Source: Myxococcales bacterium
GTDB taxonomy: Bacteria; Myxococcota_A; Polyangia; Nannocystales; Nannocystaceae
NCBI GenBank assembly: GCA_020633335.1
Contig: JACKDU010000002.1
Coordinates: forward strand, 506,730 to 570,729
Direction of reading: 5' to 3'
DNA length: 64,000 bases
Part shown: piece by piece, positions 43,275 to 53,284 of the stretch
Numbering within the stretch: position 1 is the first letter of the stretch
Layout: the number at the start of each line of letters is the position of its first letter
Translations under genes and position numbers: made by a program
The notes under the pieces: model-generated
The model's database searches: none
Told to the model about the DNA's origin: nothing
Seen by the model: only the letters and a program-made list of their open reading frames with translations

Positions 43275-44120
43275 CTAGGTCGGCGCGCGCCCGACCTTGG
43301 GGACGCCGCCCGGGATCAGCCGCGGCGGCTCGTGCTCGGGATCGCAGCGGTAGCGGGTGAAGTCGGTGAAGCCCCGCGTGCGGAGGAAGTCCTCGTCGAG
43401 GAGCGCCTCGCCGCTGAGCTCGGCCGGCGGCGTGGTCACGAGCTCGAGCGCGGCGTCGGCGAGGATGTCGGCCTTGCGCCACTGCGCGGGGCCGCCGATC
43501 CGGAAGTTGATCGTCGCCTGGCTCTCGATCAACGTGACCGGCCAGAGCGCGTTGATCGCGATGTTCCTGTCCCGGACCTCCTCGGCGAGGCCGTGGGCGA
43601 GCATCGTCATCCCGTACTTCGAGATCAGGTAGCCGGTCTTGCCGCCCATCTTGTCGAGGATCACCGGCGGCGAGCAGACGATGATGTGGCCGCCGCCCGC
43701 CCGCTCGAGGTGGGGGAGCGCCGCCTGGCTGGCGATGAACGACGCCCGCACGTTGATCTGGTGCATCAGGTCGAAGCGGGCGATCGGCGTGTCGGCGACG
43801 TCCATCCACCAGAGCGCGCCGGCGTTGTTGATCAGGATGTCGAGGCGGCCGAAGTGCTCGACCGCGCGGGCGACCATCGCCTGGATCTCGTCGGCCTCGC
43901 GGACGTCGACCCGCAGCGGCAGCACCTCGCCGCCGCGGGCCTCGATCTCGGCGGCGACCGTGTGGATCGATCCCGGGAGGTTGGGGCGCTCGACCTCGCT
44001 CTTGGCGGCGACGACGATCTTCGCGCCCTCGTCGGCGAGGCGGAGGGCGATCACCCGGCCGATCCCTCGGCTGGCGCCGGTGATGATCGCGACCTTTCCC
44101 TCGAGGCGGCGGCTGCTCAT
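43275..44120 (-). CDS. short-chain dehydrogenase/reductase (SDR)
   Basis: Start ATG at 44120; the ORF-track frame extends upstream. Cofactor motif TGASRGIGR, NNAG and the catalytic YxxxK (YLISKYG). Confidence 0.8.
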   Translation of the reverse strand: MSSRRLEGKVAIITGASRGIGRVIALRLADEGAKIVVAAKSEVERPNLPGSIHTVAAEIEARGGEVLPLRVDVREADEIQAMVARAVEHFGRLDILINNAGALWWMDVADTPIARFDLMHQINVRASFIASQAALPHLERAGGGHIIVCSPPVILDKMGGKTGYLISKYGMTMLAHGLAEEVRDRNIAINALWPVTLIESQATINFRIGGPAQWRKADILADAALELVTTPPAELSGEALLDEDFLRTRGFTDFTRYRCDPEHEPPRLIPGGVPKVGRAPT

Positions 44121-44515
44121 TGTCCGGGCTCCTTCTGGACCAGCTCGCAGCGACCGGCCTCCGCGTTGCATACCGCGTCGAAGGCCGACGGGTCCAGGCA
44201 GCCGGCCATCGTGCACTGGCACCCCTCGTAGTCGGCGGCGAGCGACTTCGCGTCGGCGGCGAAGGCATCGAGGTCGACGCTCTGGTTGAAGGCGGCCGCG
44301 CACTGAAAGGCGCCGAGGCAGTTGTTGGCGCCGGCGAGGGCGTAGAGGTCGACGACCACGCAGGCGTCGCCGGCCCCACAGGCCTCGGCCTCCGCGCGGA
44401 GGGCCCGCGCCTCCTCCTTGATCGACTCGCAGCGAGCGGCGCAGGCGGACGCGGCCGCCGACCCGAGGGCGACGGCGAGGGCGACGTGGAGGCGGTGGCG
44501 GATGAGGCGTGGCAT
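44117..44515 (-). CDS. small secreted Cys-rich protein, translationally coupled to the SDR
   Basis: 132 aa. Signal peptide, then a mature region with about 12 Cys. Its stop overlaps the SDR start (ATGA). Confidence 0.4.
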   Translation of the reverse strand: MPRLIRHRLHVALAVALGSAAASACAARCESIKEEARALRAEAEACGAGDACVVVDLYALAGANNCLGAFQCAAAFNQSVDLDAFAADAKSLAADYEGCQCTMAGCLDPSAFDAVCNAEAGRCELVQKEPGQ

Positions 44516-44652
44516 GCGGGCTCCTGACTCCTGGCCTCGATCCTAGCTGGCCGACGCGCGCCTTCACGCCGTCCACGCCCGGGCCCTCGCCGCAAAAATC
44601 GACGGGGCGCCGGCCGCTGGCCGACGCCCCGCAGGCCGCCTCGACCTCGCGG

Positions 44653-45987
44653 TCAGGCGAAGAGGGTCATCGGCGCCTCGAGGAGCTTCTTCAAGGTCGC
44701 CAGGAAGCGGGCGTTGTCGGCCCCGTCGAAGAGGCGGTGGTCGCTGCAGAGGGTGCAGCGCATCACCTTGCGGATCACCATCTGCCCGGCCTCGACGACG
44801 ACCTCGTCGCTGATCGCCCCGACCGCCAGGATCGCCCCCTCGCCGGGGTTGACGACCGCGGTGAAGGCCTCGATCCCGAACATCCCGAGGTTCGACACCG
44901 TGAAGGTCGAGCCGCTCATCTCCTCGGGGCGCAGGGTCTTGTCCTTCGCCCGCTTGCCGAGGTCGCGGGTGTCGAGCGAGATCCGCTTGATCGTCTTCTG
45001 ATCGGCGTGGCGGACCACCGGGACCACGAGGCCGCCGTCGACCGCGACCGCCACCCCGACGTGGACGTCGCCGTACTCGACCAGGCCCTCTGGCGTGTAG
45101 GCGCCGTTGACCCGCGGGTGGATCCGCAGCGCCTTGGCGACCGCCAGGATCAGGAAGTCGTTGAACGAGATCTTGATGCCGTTCAGCGACTCGTTGAGCT
45201 CGTTGCGGAGCTTCGACACCCGGTCCATGTGGATCGGGATCGTCAGGTTGATGTGGGGGATCTCCCGCTTCGACTCGGTCATCCGCCGGGCGATCGTCTT
45301 CCGCATCGGCGTCAGCTTGACCTGGCGGTTGGGGAAGGTCGCGTAGGGGCGGCCGTTCTCGTCGACCTCGGAGGCGGCGCCAGCGGCCTGGACCGCCGCC
45401 TTGGCGGCCGCCGGGCTCGCGCTCGCGGCCTGGGCGGCGGCGAGGACGTCGGCCTTGATCACCCGACCGTGGGGGCCGCTGCCGGGGATCGACGCGAGCT
45501 CGAGGCCGTGCTCGCGGGCCAGGCGGCGGGCGAGCGGTGACGCGGGAATTCGGTCGCTGTTGGCCTCGGACGGCGCCGGAGCGGCCGGCGCCGAGGGCGC
45601 AGCCGGGGCCGGGGCCGGGGCGGCGACCGGAGCCAGGGCCGGCACGGCGCTCGGCGCCGACGCGGCCGCCTTCGCGGGCGCCGGCGCGGGCGCGGCCGGA
45701 GCCGAGGCGCCGCCGCCACGCTTCGCCAGCGCGGCCTCGGGATCCTCGCCGGCCTTGCCGAGCACGGCGATCGGCGCCCCGAGCTGCATCGTCTCGCCCT
45801 CGGGCGCGATCAGCTTGAGGACGATCCCGGCGTCGAAGGACTCGAACTCCATCGTCGCCTTGTCGGTCTCGATCTCGGCGATCACCTGACCGCGCTTGAC
45901 CTTGTCGCCGACGGCGACCCGCCACTTGGCGATCACGCCCTCTTCCATCGTATCGGTGAGCCGGGGGAGCTCGACGACGGTTGCCAT
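44653..45987 (-). CDS. pdhC: dihydrolipoyllysine-residue acetyltransferase, E2 component of the pyruvate dehydrogenase complex
   Basis: 444 aa. Lipoyl domain EIETDKATMEFESF. Ala/Pro linker. Subunit-binding domain. Catalytic domain with DHRLFDGA. Confidence 0.85.
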   Translation of the reverse strand: MATVVELPRLTDTMEEGVIAKWRVAVGDKVKRGQVIAEIETDKATMEFESFDAGIVLKLIAPEGETMQLGAPIAVLGKAGEDPEAALAKRGGGASAPAAPAPAPAKAAASAPSAVPALAPVAAPAPAPAAPSAPAAPAPSEANSDRIPASPLARRLAREHGLELASIPGSGPHGRVIKADVLAAAQAASASPAAAKAAVQAAGAASEVDENGRPYATFPNRQVKLTPMRKTIARRMTESKREIPHINLTIPIHMDRVSKLRNELNESLNGIKISFNDFLILAVAKALRIHPRVNGAYTPEGLVEYGDVHVGVAVAVDGGLVVPVVRHADQKTIKRISLDTRDLGKRAKDKTLRPEEMSGSTFTVSNLGMFGIEAFTAVVNPGEGAILAVGAISDEVVVEAGQMVIRKVMRCTLCSDHRLFDGADNARFLATLKKLLEAPMTLFA

Positions 45988-46033
45988 GGGATTCCTCGCT
46001 CTCTCGCTTCTCGGAAGGTTCTCGGGCTGCGGC

Positions 46034-47014
<981 letters not shown>

Positions 47015-47040
47015 CGCTCGGGCTCCTGCTTCTCTCGGAA

Positions 47041-48057
47041 CTAGCTCTCGATGGTGATGTTGCGGAAGCGCGCCTCGGGCTCGGGCACCGGCGACTCCTC
47101 GGCGAACTCGACCGCCGCCTCCATCTCGTCGACGACCTCGGCGTCGAGCGCCTCGAGCTCGTCCTCGGAGAGCCCGTGGTGCTCGTGGAGGGCGCGGTAG
47201 GTCCGCTCCAGGGGATCCCAGCGCCGCCACTCCTCGACCTCCTCCTTGCCGCGGTACTTGCCGGGGTCGCTCATCGAGTGGCCGCGGAAGCGGTAGGTGA
47301 TCAGCTCCACGAGCGCCGGCTTGCTCTCCTCGCGGGCGCGCTTGACGATCGCCCCGAGGCGCTCGGCGGTCTCGGCGACGCTGGTCACCCGGAATCGGTC
47401 CGAGATCATCCCGTAGCCCGGCGCCTTGAGGGTGATGTCGTCGACCGGGACCGAGCGGCTGAGCGGCGTCCCCATCGAGTAGCGGTTGTTCTCGACGACG
47501 TAGACGATCGGCAGCTTCCAGAGGCCGGCGAGGGTCCAGCCCTCGTGGGTCGGGCCGATCGCCAGGGCGCCGTCGCCGAGGAAGCAGAGGGTGACGCCGC
47601 CGTCCTTGAGGTACTTCGAGGCGAAGGCGTGGCCGGCCGCGACCGGCGAGTGGTTGCCGACGATCGCGTAGCCGCCCCAGAGCTGGTGGGCGCGGTCGAA
47701 GAAGTGCATCGACCCGCCGACGCCGGCGACCAGGCCGGTCGCCTTGCCGTAGAGCTCGGCCATGCAGGCCCTGGGATCGGAGCCGAGGGCGAGCGCGAAG
47801 CCGTGGGTGCGGTAGGCGGAGACCACCCGATCGGCGGGCTGGAGGACCTCCTTGGTGGCGACCGCGATCGCCTCCTGGCCGATGTAGAGGTGGAGGAAGC
47901 CGCTGATCTTGCCGCGGGTGTACGAGCGCGCGGCGAGCTCCTCAAAGCGGCGGATCCGCAGCATCTCGCGGTACCAGCGGAGGGTGTCCTCGCGGCTCTG
48001 GAAGTAAGCGTCGAAGTTGCCGGGATCGGCAGACGTCGGGTCGGTCGGAGTGGTCAT
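47041..48057 (-). CDS. pdhA: pyruvate dehydrogenase E1 component alpha subunit
   Basis: Start at MTTPTDP.... TPP-binding motif GDGALAIG...NN and the YR.HGHSMSDP phosphorylation-loop-like motif. Confidence 0.85.
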   Translation of the reverse strand: MTTPTDPTSADPGNFDAYFQSREDTLRWYREMLRIRRFEELAARSYTRGKISGFLHLYIGQEAIAVATKEVLQPADRVVSAYRTHGFALALGSDPRACMAELYGKATGLVAGVGGSMHFFDRAHQLWGGYAIVGNHSPVAAGHAFASKYLKDGGVTLCFLGDGALAIGPTHEGWTLAGLWKLPIVYVVENNRYSMGTPLSRSVPVDDITLKAPGYGMISDRFRVTSVAETAERLGAIVKRAREESKPALVELITYRFRGHSMSDPGKYRGKEEVEEWRRWDPLERTYRALHEHHGLSEDELEALDAEVVDEMEAAVEFAEESPVPEPEARFRNITIES

Positions 48058-48224
48058 GGCGAGGCCCGCGGAGGGTATCACCAGGGGCGCGAGCGGCGAA
48101 AGGCGCGGAAGCTCACCGGCGCGGGGGTGACGAAGTGCGCAGGCGCCTGCGCAGATCACCGCGAGGACCCCTCGCGCCTCCCCCTCGCGCCCCGTCGCGC
48201 GGGCCTCTGTTATAACGCCGGCCG

Positions 48225-49325
48225 ATGGCCGACTCGACCCTCGCCCCCCTCCCCTCGCCCCAAGCGATCGCCGAGCGGATCCTCGCGGGTGAGCGTGACG
48301 CCCTCGACGGCGCGACGCTGACCCGCTACCTCGCGGGCGAGGGCGACCTCTGGGAGCTGATGGCGGCCGCCGATCGCCTCCGGCGCGCGCGCTTCGGCGA
48401 CAGCGTCCACCTCTGCTCGATCGTCAACGCCAAGCGCGGCGGCTGCCCCGAGGACTGCGGCTTCTGTGCGCAGTCGCGGCGCTACAACACCGGCGTCGAG
48501 CCCGAGCGCTTCCTCGAGCCGGCGGCGATCGTCGACGCGAGCGCCCGCGCGGGCGAGGTCGGCTCGAGCGCGCTCGGCCTGGTGACCGCGACCCGCGGCC
48601 TCGAGGACGGCTCGCGGGCCCTCGCGCAGATCGTCGCGGGCGTCCGCGCGGTCCGTGACGCCGGCCACACCGAGGCCCACGCGTCGCTCGGCTTCGTCAG
48701 CCGCGACGCGCTCGCCGAGCTCAAGGAGGCCGGCCTCACCGAGCTCAACCACAACCTCGAGAGCGGCCGCGCCTTCTTCTCGAAGATCGTCAGCACCCAC
48801 ACCTACGACGCGCGGATCCAGACGATCCGCGACGCCCAGGCGCTCGGCCTCCGGACCTGCGTCGGCGGGATCTTCGGGATGGGCGAGGCGCCCGAGGATC
48901 GGGCCGAGCTCGCCCTCGAGCTGCGGGCGCTCGACGTCGACGAGGTCCCCCTCAACTTCCTGGTCGACGTCGAGGGGACGCCGCTCGCCGGCCGCGAGCC
49001 TTTGGAGCCGCGGGCGATGCTCCGGATCATCGCCGCCTTCCGCCTCGCGCTCCCCCGCCAGAACATCTTCCTCGCCGCCGGCCGCCACCACCTCGGCCAG
49101 CTCCTGCCGCTGATGTTCAGCGCCGGCGCCTCGGGGATGATGATCGGCGACTTCCTGACGACGCCGAACCGGACCGTCGACGACGACCTCGAGCTCCTCG
49201 AGATGCTCGGCCTCCAGGCCCAGGTCTGCGGCGCGCCGCGGCCCGAGCTCGCCGCCGAGCCCCGCCCGGCCGCGCGCGCGCGCGCCGAGGTCGCGAGCGC
49301 GCGCCATCTGCCCGTCGTCGCCTGA
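48225..49325 (+). CDS. bioB: biotin synthase
   Basis: 366 aa. Radical-SAM cluster motif CPEDCGFCAQS. BioB-type YNHNLE-like LNHNLES. Confidence 0.8.
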   Translation: MADSTLAPLPSPQAIAERILAGERDALDGATLTRYLAGEGDLWELMAAADRLRRARFGDSVHLCSIVNAKRGGCPEDCGFCAQSRRYNTGVEPERFLEPAAIVDASARAGEVGSSALGLVTATRGLEDGSRALAQIVAGVRAVRDAGHTEAHASLGFVSRDALAELKEAGLTELNHNLESGRAFFSKIVSTHTYDARIQTIRDAQALGLRTCVGGIFGMGEAPEDRAELALELRALDVDEVPLNFLVDVEGTPLAGREPLEPRAMLRIIAAFRLALPRQNIFLAAGRHHLGQLLPLMFSAGASGMMIGDFLTTPNRTVDDDLELLEMLGLQAQVCGAPRPELAAEPRPAARARAEVASARHLPVVA

Positions 49326-49357
49326 GCGTCGGCCCCGAACGGAGCGGCGACGCGACG

Positions 49358-50440
49358 CTATGCGCCGCCCCGCCGCACCAGGAGGAGCCCACACTCGACG
49401 TGGTGGACCCCGGGGAACTGATCGAAGAGCGCGAAGCGGGCGATCTCGTGGGTCGCCGCGAGCGCGCCGACGTTCGCCCGCAGGGTCTCCGGGTTGCAGG
49501 AGATGTAGAAGATCGCCGGGAAGCGGCCCACCAGCTCGAGGGTCGCCGGATCGAGCCCCGCCCGCGGCGGGTCGACGAGGACCGCGTCGAGCTCGAGCGC
49601 GCCCAGGTCGATCCCCGCGAGGCGGCGGAACTCACGGACGCCCGCGAGCGCGGCCGCGACCTCCTCGCTCGCCATCCGCGCGACGTCGACGTTGGTGATC
49701 GCGTTGGCCTCGAGGTTGTGGCGCGCGGCGGCGATCGACGCCTTCGACACCTCGGTCGCCAGCACCCGCCGGAAGCGGCCGGCGAGGGCCATCGTGAAGT
49801 TGCCGTTGCCGCAGTAGAGCTCGAGGAGATCGCGGCCGCCGAGCGCCGCCGCGACGTCGTCGGCCCAGGCGAGCATCTCCCGGTTGATCGCCCCGTTGGG
49901 CTGGCTGAAGGCGCCCTCCGGCTGGCGCCACGAGAGCGCGCGGCCACCGATCTCGAGGCGCTCGGTGACGTAGTCGCGGCTGAGGACGATCCGCTGCCCC
50001 CGCGAGCGACCGATGATCGCGGCGTCCAGCTCGACCTCGAGCGCGCGGGCGGCCGCCTCCCAGGCGTCGTCGAGCGGGCGGTGGTAGATCAACGTGATCA
50101 GCGCCTCGCCGGAGAGCGTGGTCAAGAACTCGACCTGGAAGAGGCGGCGGCGGAGCGCCGGCTCCCGGAGGATCGCCTCGCGGAGCGCGACCATCAGCGC
50201 GTTGATCCGCCGTGACGCCGCCGGCAGCTGATCGACGCGGTAGAGCTCCGGCCGCCCCTCGCCCTTCTCGTACATCGCGTAGTAGCCGTCGTCGCCGTCG
50301 TGCCAGAAGCGGAACTCGGCGCGCATCCGGTAGTGCTCGGGCGGCGACCCGAAGACCTCGATCGTCGGGTGCTCGAGATCCCGGAAGAGCCCCTCGACCC
50401 GGGCCACCTTGGCGGCGAGCGCTCGCTCGTACTCGGTCAC
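49358..50440 (-). CDS. trmA: tRNA/tmRNA (uracil-C5)-methyltransferase TrmA
   Basis: 360 aa, collinear with TrmA throughout: HYRMRAEFRFWHDGDD, LELYCGNGNFTMALA, VDPPRAGLD, YISCNPETL, FDQFPGVHHVECG. Confidence 0.85.
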   Translation of the reverse strand: MTEYERALAAKVARVEGLFRDLEHPTIEVFGSPPEHYRMRAEFRFWHDGDDGYYAMYEKGEGRPELYRVDQLPAASRRINALMVALREAILREPALRRRLFQVEFLTTLSGEALITLIYHRPLDDAWEAAARALEVELDAAIIGRSRGQRIVLSRDYVTERLEIGGRALSWRQPEGAFSQPNGAINREMLAWADDVAAALGGRDLLELYCGNGNFTMALAGRFRRVLATEVSKASIAAARHNLEANAITNVDVARMASEEVAAALAGVREFRRLAGIDLGALELDAVLVDPPRAGLDPATLELVGRFPAIFYISCNPETLRANVGALAATHEIARFALFDQFPGVHHVECGLLLVRRGGA

Positions 50441-50492
50441 CGGGCTCTTCTAGTGCGAGCCCGGGCAAATGTCACCGGCGATCGCCGCGGGC

Positions 50493-51431
50493 TCAGGCGG
50501 GCGACCGCCGGCCGCTCCGCGCGAGGAAGGCCTCGACCCCCTCGCGGACGCCCTCCTGCCAGGGCGCGAGCGCCGGCAGATCGAGCCGCGAGCGCAGCCG
50601 ATCGGCGGGGAAGTGGGCGCCGAAGGCCGAGCCCGTGAGGAGGAAGAGCGCGTCCTTGTCGGCGAGGCTGCGGAGGATCGCCGCCCGGCTCCGCCGCCGC
50701 CGCCGGGGCGTGACCCCGAGCGCGGCCGCGTGGGCGTCGACGAAGGTCCCCCAGGTCGTCGCCTCGTCGCTGCAATGGAGCGCCTCGCCGAGCGGCCCGC
50801 GGGCGAGGAGCGCGTCGAGGATCGGCCCGAGGTTGCGGACGTAGACGGTCGAGAAGCGGCGGTCGCGGCGGCCGATCACGTCGATCGCCCCGCGCTCGAT
50901 CGCCGGCACGAGGGCGGCGCTGACGAAGGGATCGCCGGCGCCGACGATCGACGGGAGGCGGAGGATCGTGTAGGGGACCCGGCCGGCCTCGACGTGCCGC
51001 TCGGCCCGCGCCTTCGAGCCCATGTAGGGGGTCGGCGCGAACCATCGGAGGCGCCGCGTCGCCTCGCTCCGCCCCTCCCCCATCGCCCGGATCCCGTAGA
51101 CGGCGATCGACGAGATCTGGACGAAGTGCCCGACGCCGAGCTCCCCCGCGAGCTCGACCATCGCCGCCGTCCCGCCGGCGTTGATCCGGTGATGAAGCGC
51201 CGCCGGGGCCCGCTGATCGACGATCCCCGCGGTGTGGACGATCGCGTCGAAGCGCCGGCCGGCGAGCGCGTCGAGCCCCCCTGGCCGCCCGAGATCGACC
51301 CACACCTCGTCGGCGCCGTCGCTCGCCTCGCGGCGGTAGACCATCGCCGTGACCTCGTGGCCGTGGGCGCGGAGATCAGCGACCACGGCGGCGCCGACGA
51401 AGCCGTCCCCGCCGCTGACCAGGATCCGCAC
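50493..51431 (-). CDS. NAD-dependent epimerase/dehydratase-family (extended SDR) protein
   Basis: 312 aa. Rossmann motif ILVSGGDGFVG. YxxxK (YMGSK). Confidence 0.7.
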   Translation of the reverse strand: MRILVSGGDGFVGAAVVADLRAHGHEVTAMVYRREASDGADEVWVDLGRPGGLDALAGRRFDAIVHTAGIVDQRAPAALHHRINAGGTAAMVELAGELGVGHFVQISSIAVYGIRAMGEGRSEATRRLRWFAPTPYMGSKARAERHVEAGRVPYTILRLPSIVGAGDPFVSAALVPAIERGAIDVIGRRDRRFSTVYVRNLGPILDALLARGPLGEALHCSDEATTWGTFVDAHAAALGVTPRRRRRSRAAILRSLADKDALFLLTGSAFGAHFPADRLRSRLDLPALAPWQEGVREGVEAFLARSGRRSPA

Positions 51432-51515
51432 CGCGCGAGCCTAGCACGGGCGCGCGACCTCGCGACGAGCCCGGCGCGGGCGACCGCGCCGGGCTCGATC
51501 TCAGGCGCGCGCCGG

Positions 51516-52895
51516 CTAGCTCTCGCCGCCGCCGATCTGCGGCACCCTGGCCATCGCCGCGTCGATCGCCTCCTGGGGGTACTCGTAGTCGGTGAGCTCG
51601 CCCTTGAAGTAGGCGTCGTAGGCGGCCATGTCGAAGTGGCCGTGGCCGCAGAGGTTGAAGAGGATCACCCGCTTCTCGCCCGCCTCCTTGGCCGCGAGCG
51701 CCTCGCGGATCACCGCGGCGATCGCGTGCGAGGGCTCCGGCGCCGGGACGATCCCCTCGGCCCGGAGGAACTCGACGGCCCCCTTGAAGACCTCGAGCTG
51801 CGGGATCGCCACGGCCTCGATGAGCTGCTGGTCGTAGAGCTCGGAGATGATGCTCGCCATCCCGTGGTAGCGGAGCCCGCCGGCGTGGAGCGGCGCCGGC
51901 ACGAAGTTGGCGCCGAGCGTGTGCATCTTGACCAGCGGCGCCATCCCGGCGGTGTCGCCGTAGTCGTAGGTGTATGTCCCCCGGGTCAGGCTCGGGCAGG
52001 CGGCCGGCTCGACCGCGAGGATCCGGGTCTTGTTGCCGTAGTTGAGGTTGTTGCGGATGAAGGGGAAGGCGATGCCGGCGAAGTTGGAGCCGCCGCCGGT
52101 GCAGCCGATCACGACGTCGGGGTAGGCCTCGGCCCGCCGGAGCTGGAGGAGCGCCTCCTGGCCGATCACCGTCTGGTGCATGAGCACGTGGTTGAGCACC
52201 GAGCCGAGCGCGTACTTGTACTTGCCGCCGCTCATCGCCGCGACCTCGACCGCCTCGGAGATCGCCATCCCGAGGGAGCCGGTGCTCTCCGGGTTCTCGG
52301 CGAGGAAGCGCCGCCCGGCCTCGGTGGTGTCGCTCGGGCTCGCCGTCACCTGGGCGCCGAAGGACTGGATGATCGCCCGGCGGTAGGGCTTCTGGTGATA
52401 GCTCACCTTCACCATGTAGACGATGCACTCGAGGCCGAAGAAGTTGGAGGCGATCGAGAGCGCCGTCCCCCACTGGCCCGCGCCGGTCTCGGTGGTCAGC
52501 CCCTGCACGCCCTCGAGCTTGTTGTAGTAGGCCTGCGGGACCGCGGTGTTGAGCTTGTGCGATCCGCTGGGCGAGACCCCCTCGTACTTGAAGTAGATGT
52601 GGGCCGGGGTGTCGAGCGCCTTCTCCAGCCGCCGCGCCCGGATCAGCGGGGTCGGCCGCCAGAGCTTGTAGATCTCGCGGACCTCCTCCGGGATCTCGAT
52701 GAAGCGCTCCTGCGAGACCTCCTGGCCGATCAGCGCCATCGGGAAGAGCGGCGCGAGATCATCGGGACCGACCGGCTGGTGCGTTCCAGGGTGGAGCACC
52801 GCCGGCAGCGGCCGCGGCAGATCCGCCTGGATGTTGTACCAGCGCGTCGGGATCGCCGACTGCGGCAGGTCGTATCGAACAATCTCGTCACTCAT
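51516..52895 (-). CDS. trpB: tryptophan synthase beta-chain-like PLP enzyme (TrpB2 type)
   Basis: 459 aa. PLP lysine in SPSGSHKLN, GGGSNFAG and a C-terminal extension typical of the TrpB2 subgroup. Confidence 0.8.
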   Translation of the reverse strand: MSDEIVRYDLPQSAIPTRWYNIQADLPRPLPAVLHPGTHQPVGPDDLAPLFPMALIGQEVSQERFIEIPEEVREIYKLWRPTPLIRARRLEKALDTPAHIYFKYEGVSPSGSHKLNTAVPQAYYNKLEGVQGLTTETGAGQWGTALSIASNFFGLECIVYMVKVSYHQKPYRRAIIQSFGAQVTASPSDTTEAGRRFLAENPESTGSLGMAISEAVEVAAMSGGKYKYALGSVLNHVLMHQTVIGQEALLQLRRAEAYPDVVIGCTGGGSNFAGIAFPFIRNNLNYGNKTRILAVEPAACPSLTRGTYTYDYGDTAGMAPLVKMHTLGANFVPAPLHAGGLRYHGMASIISELYDQQLIEAVAIPQLEVFKGAVEFLRAEGIVPAPEPSHAIAAVIREALAAKEAGEKRVILFNLCGHGHFDMAAYDAYFKGELTDYEYPQEAIDAAMARVPQIGGGES

Positions 52896-53284
52896 GCACG
52901 CCTCCCAGGGTCTCCGCCCCTATGACCTAGCGAGGATGACACAGGGGACCGGGGCCGGATCAACGGTCGAGTTCGCCGCCCGCGCTCGCGGAGGCGCGCT
53001 TATGGGCGCCGCGCCGATCTGCTCCATCGGACATCTCGACGCTCGCGCGCGGGCGCAGGCCGGGCACCGGACGCTGCTCCACGGACGCCGTCTACTCCTG
53101 TGGACATGCACACACCTCGATCGACGCCGGCCCGCATGAGGAATCGCTCCGCGCGCCAGCGAGCGGCGCGCGCTTCCGCGGCCCGCCGCCGATCCCCGCG
53201 GGCCGCCGCCGCCGCCCGCGTCCGCCCCTCGCGGCTTGTGAGGCCGGCGAGCCGATGGTCTCCTGGATCGCAGGAGAGCTGGGT

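Noticed and set aside
48225-49325. Radical-SAM gene divergent from the pdh operon, considered as lipoyl synthase
   Set aside because: The motifs CPEDCGFCAQS and LNHNLES match BioB rather than LipA. LipA has the N-terminal auxiliary CxxxxCxxxxxC and the CTRxCxFC radical-SAM box.
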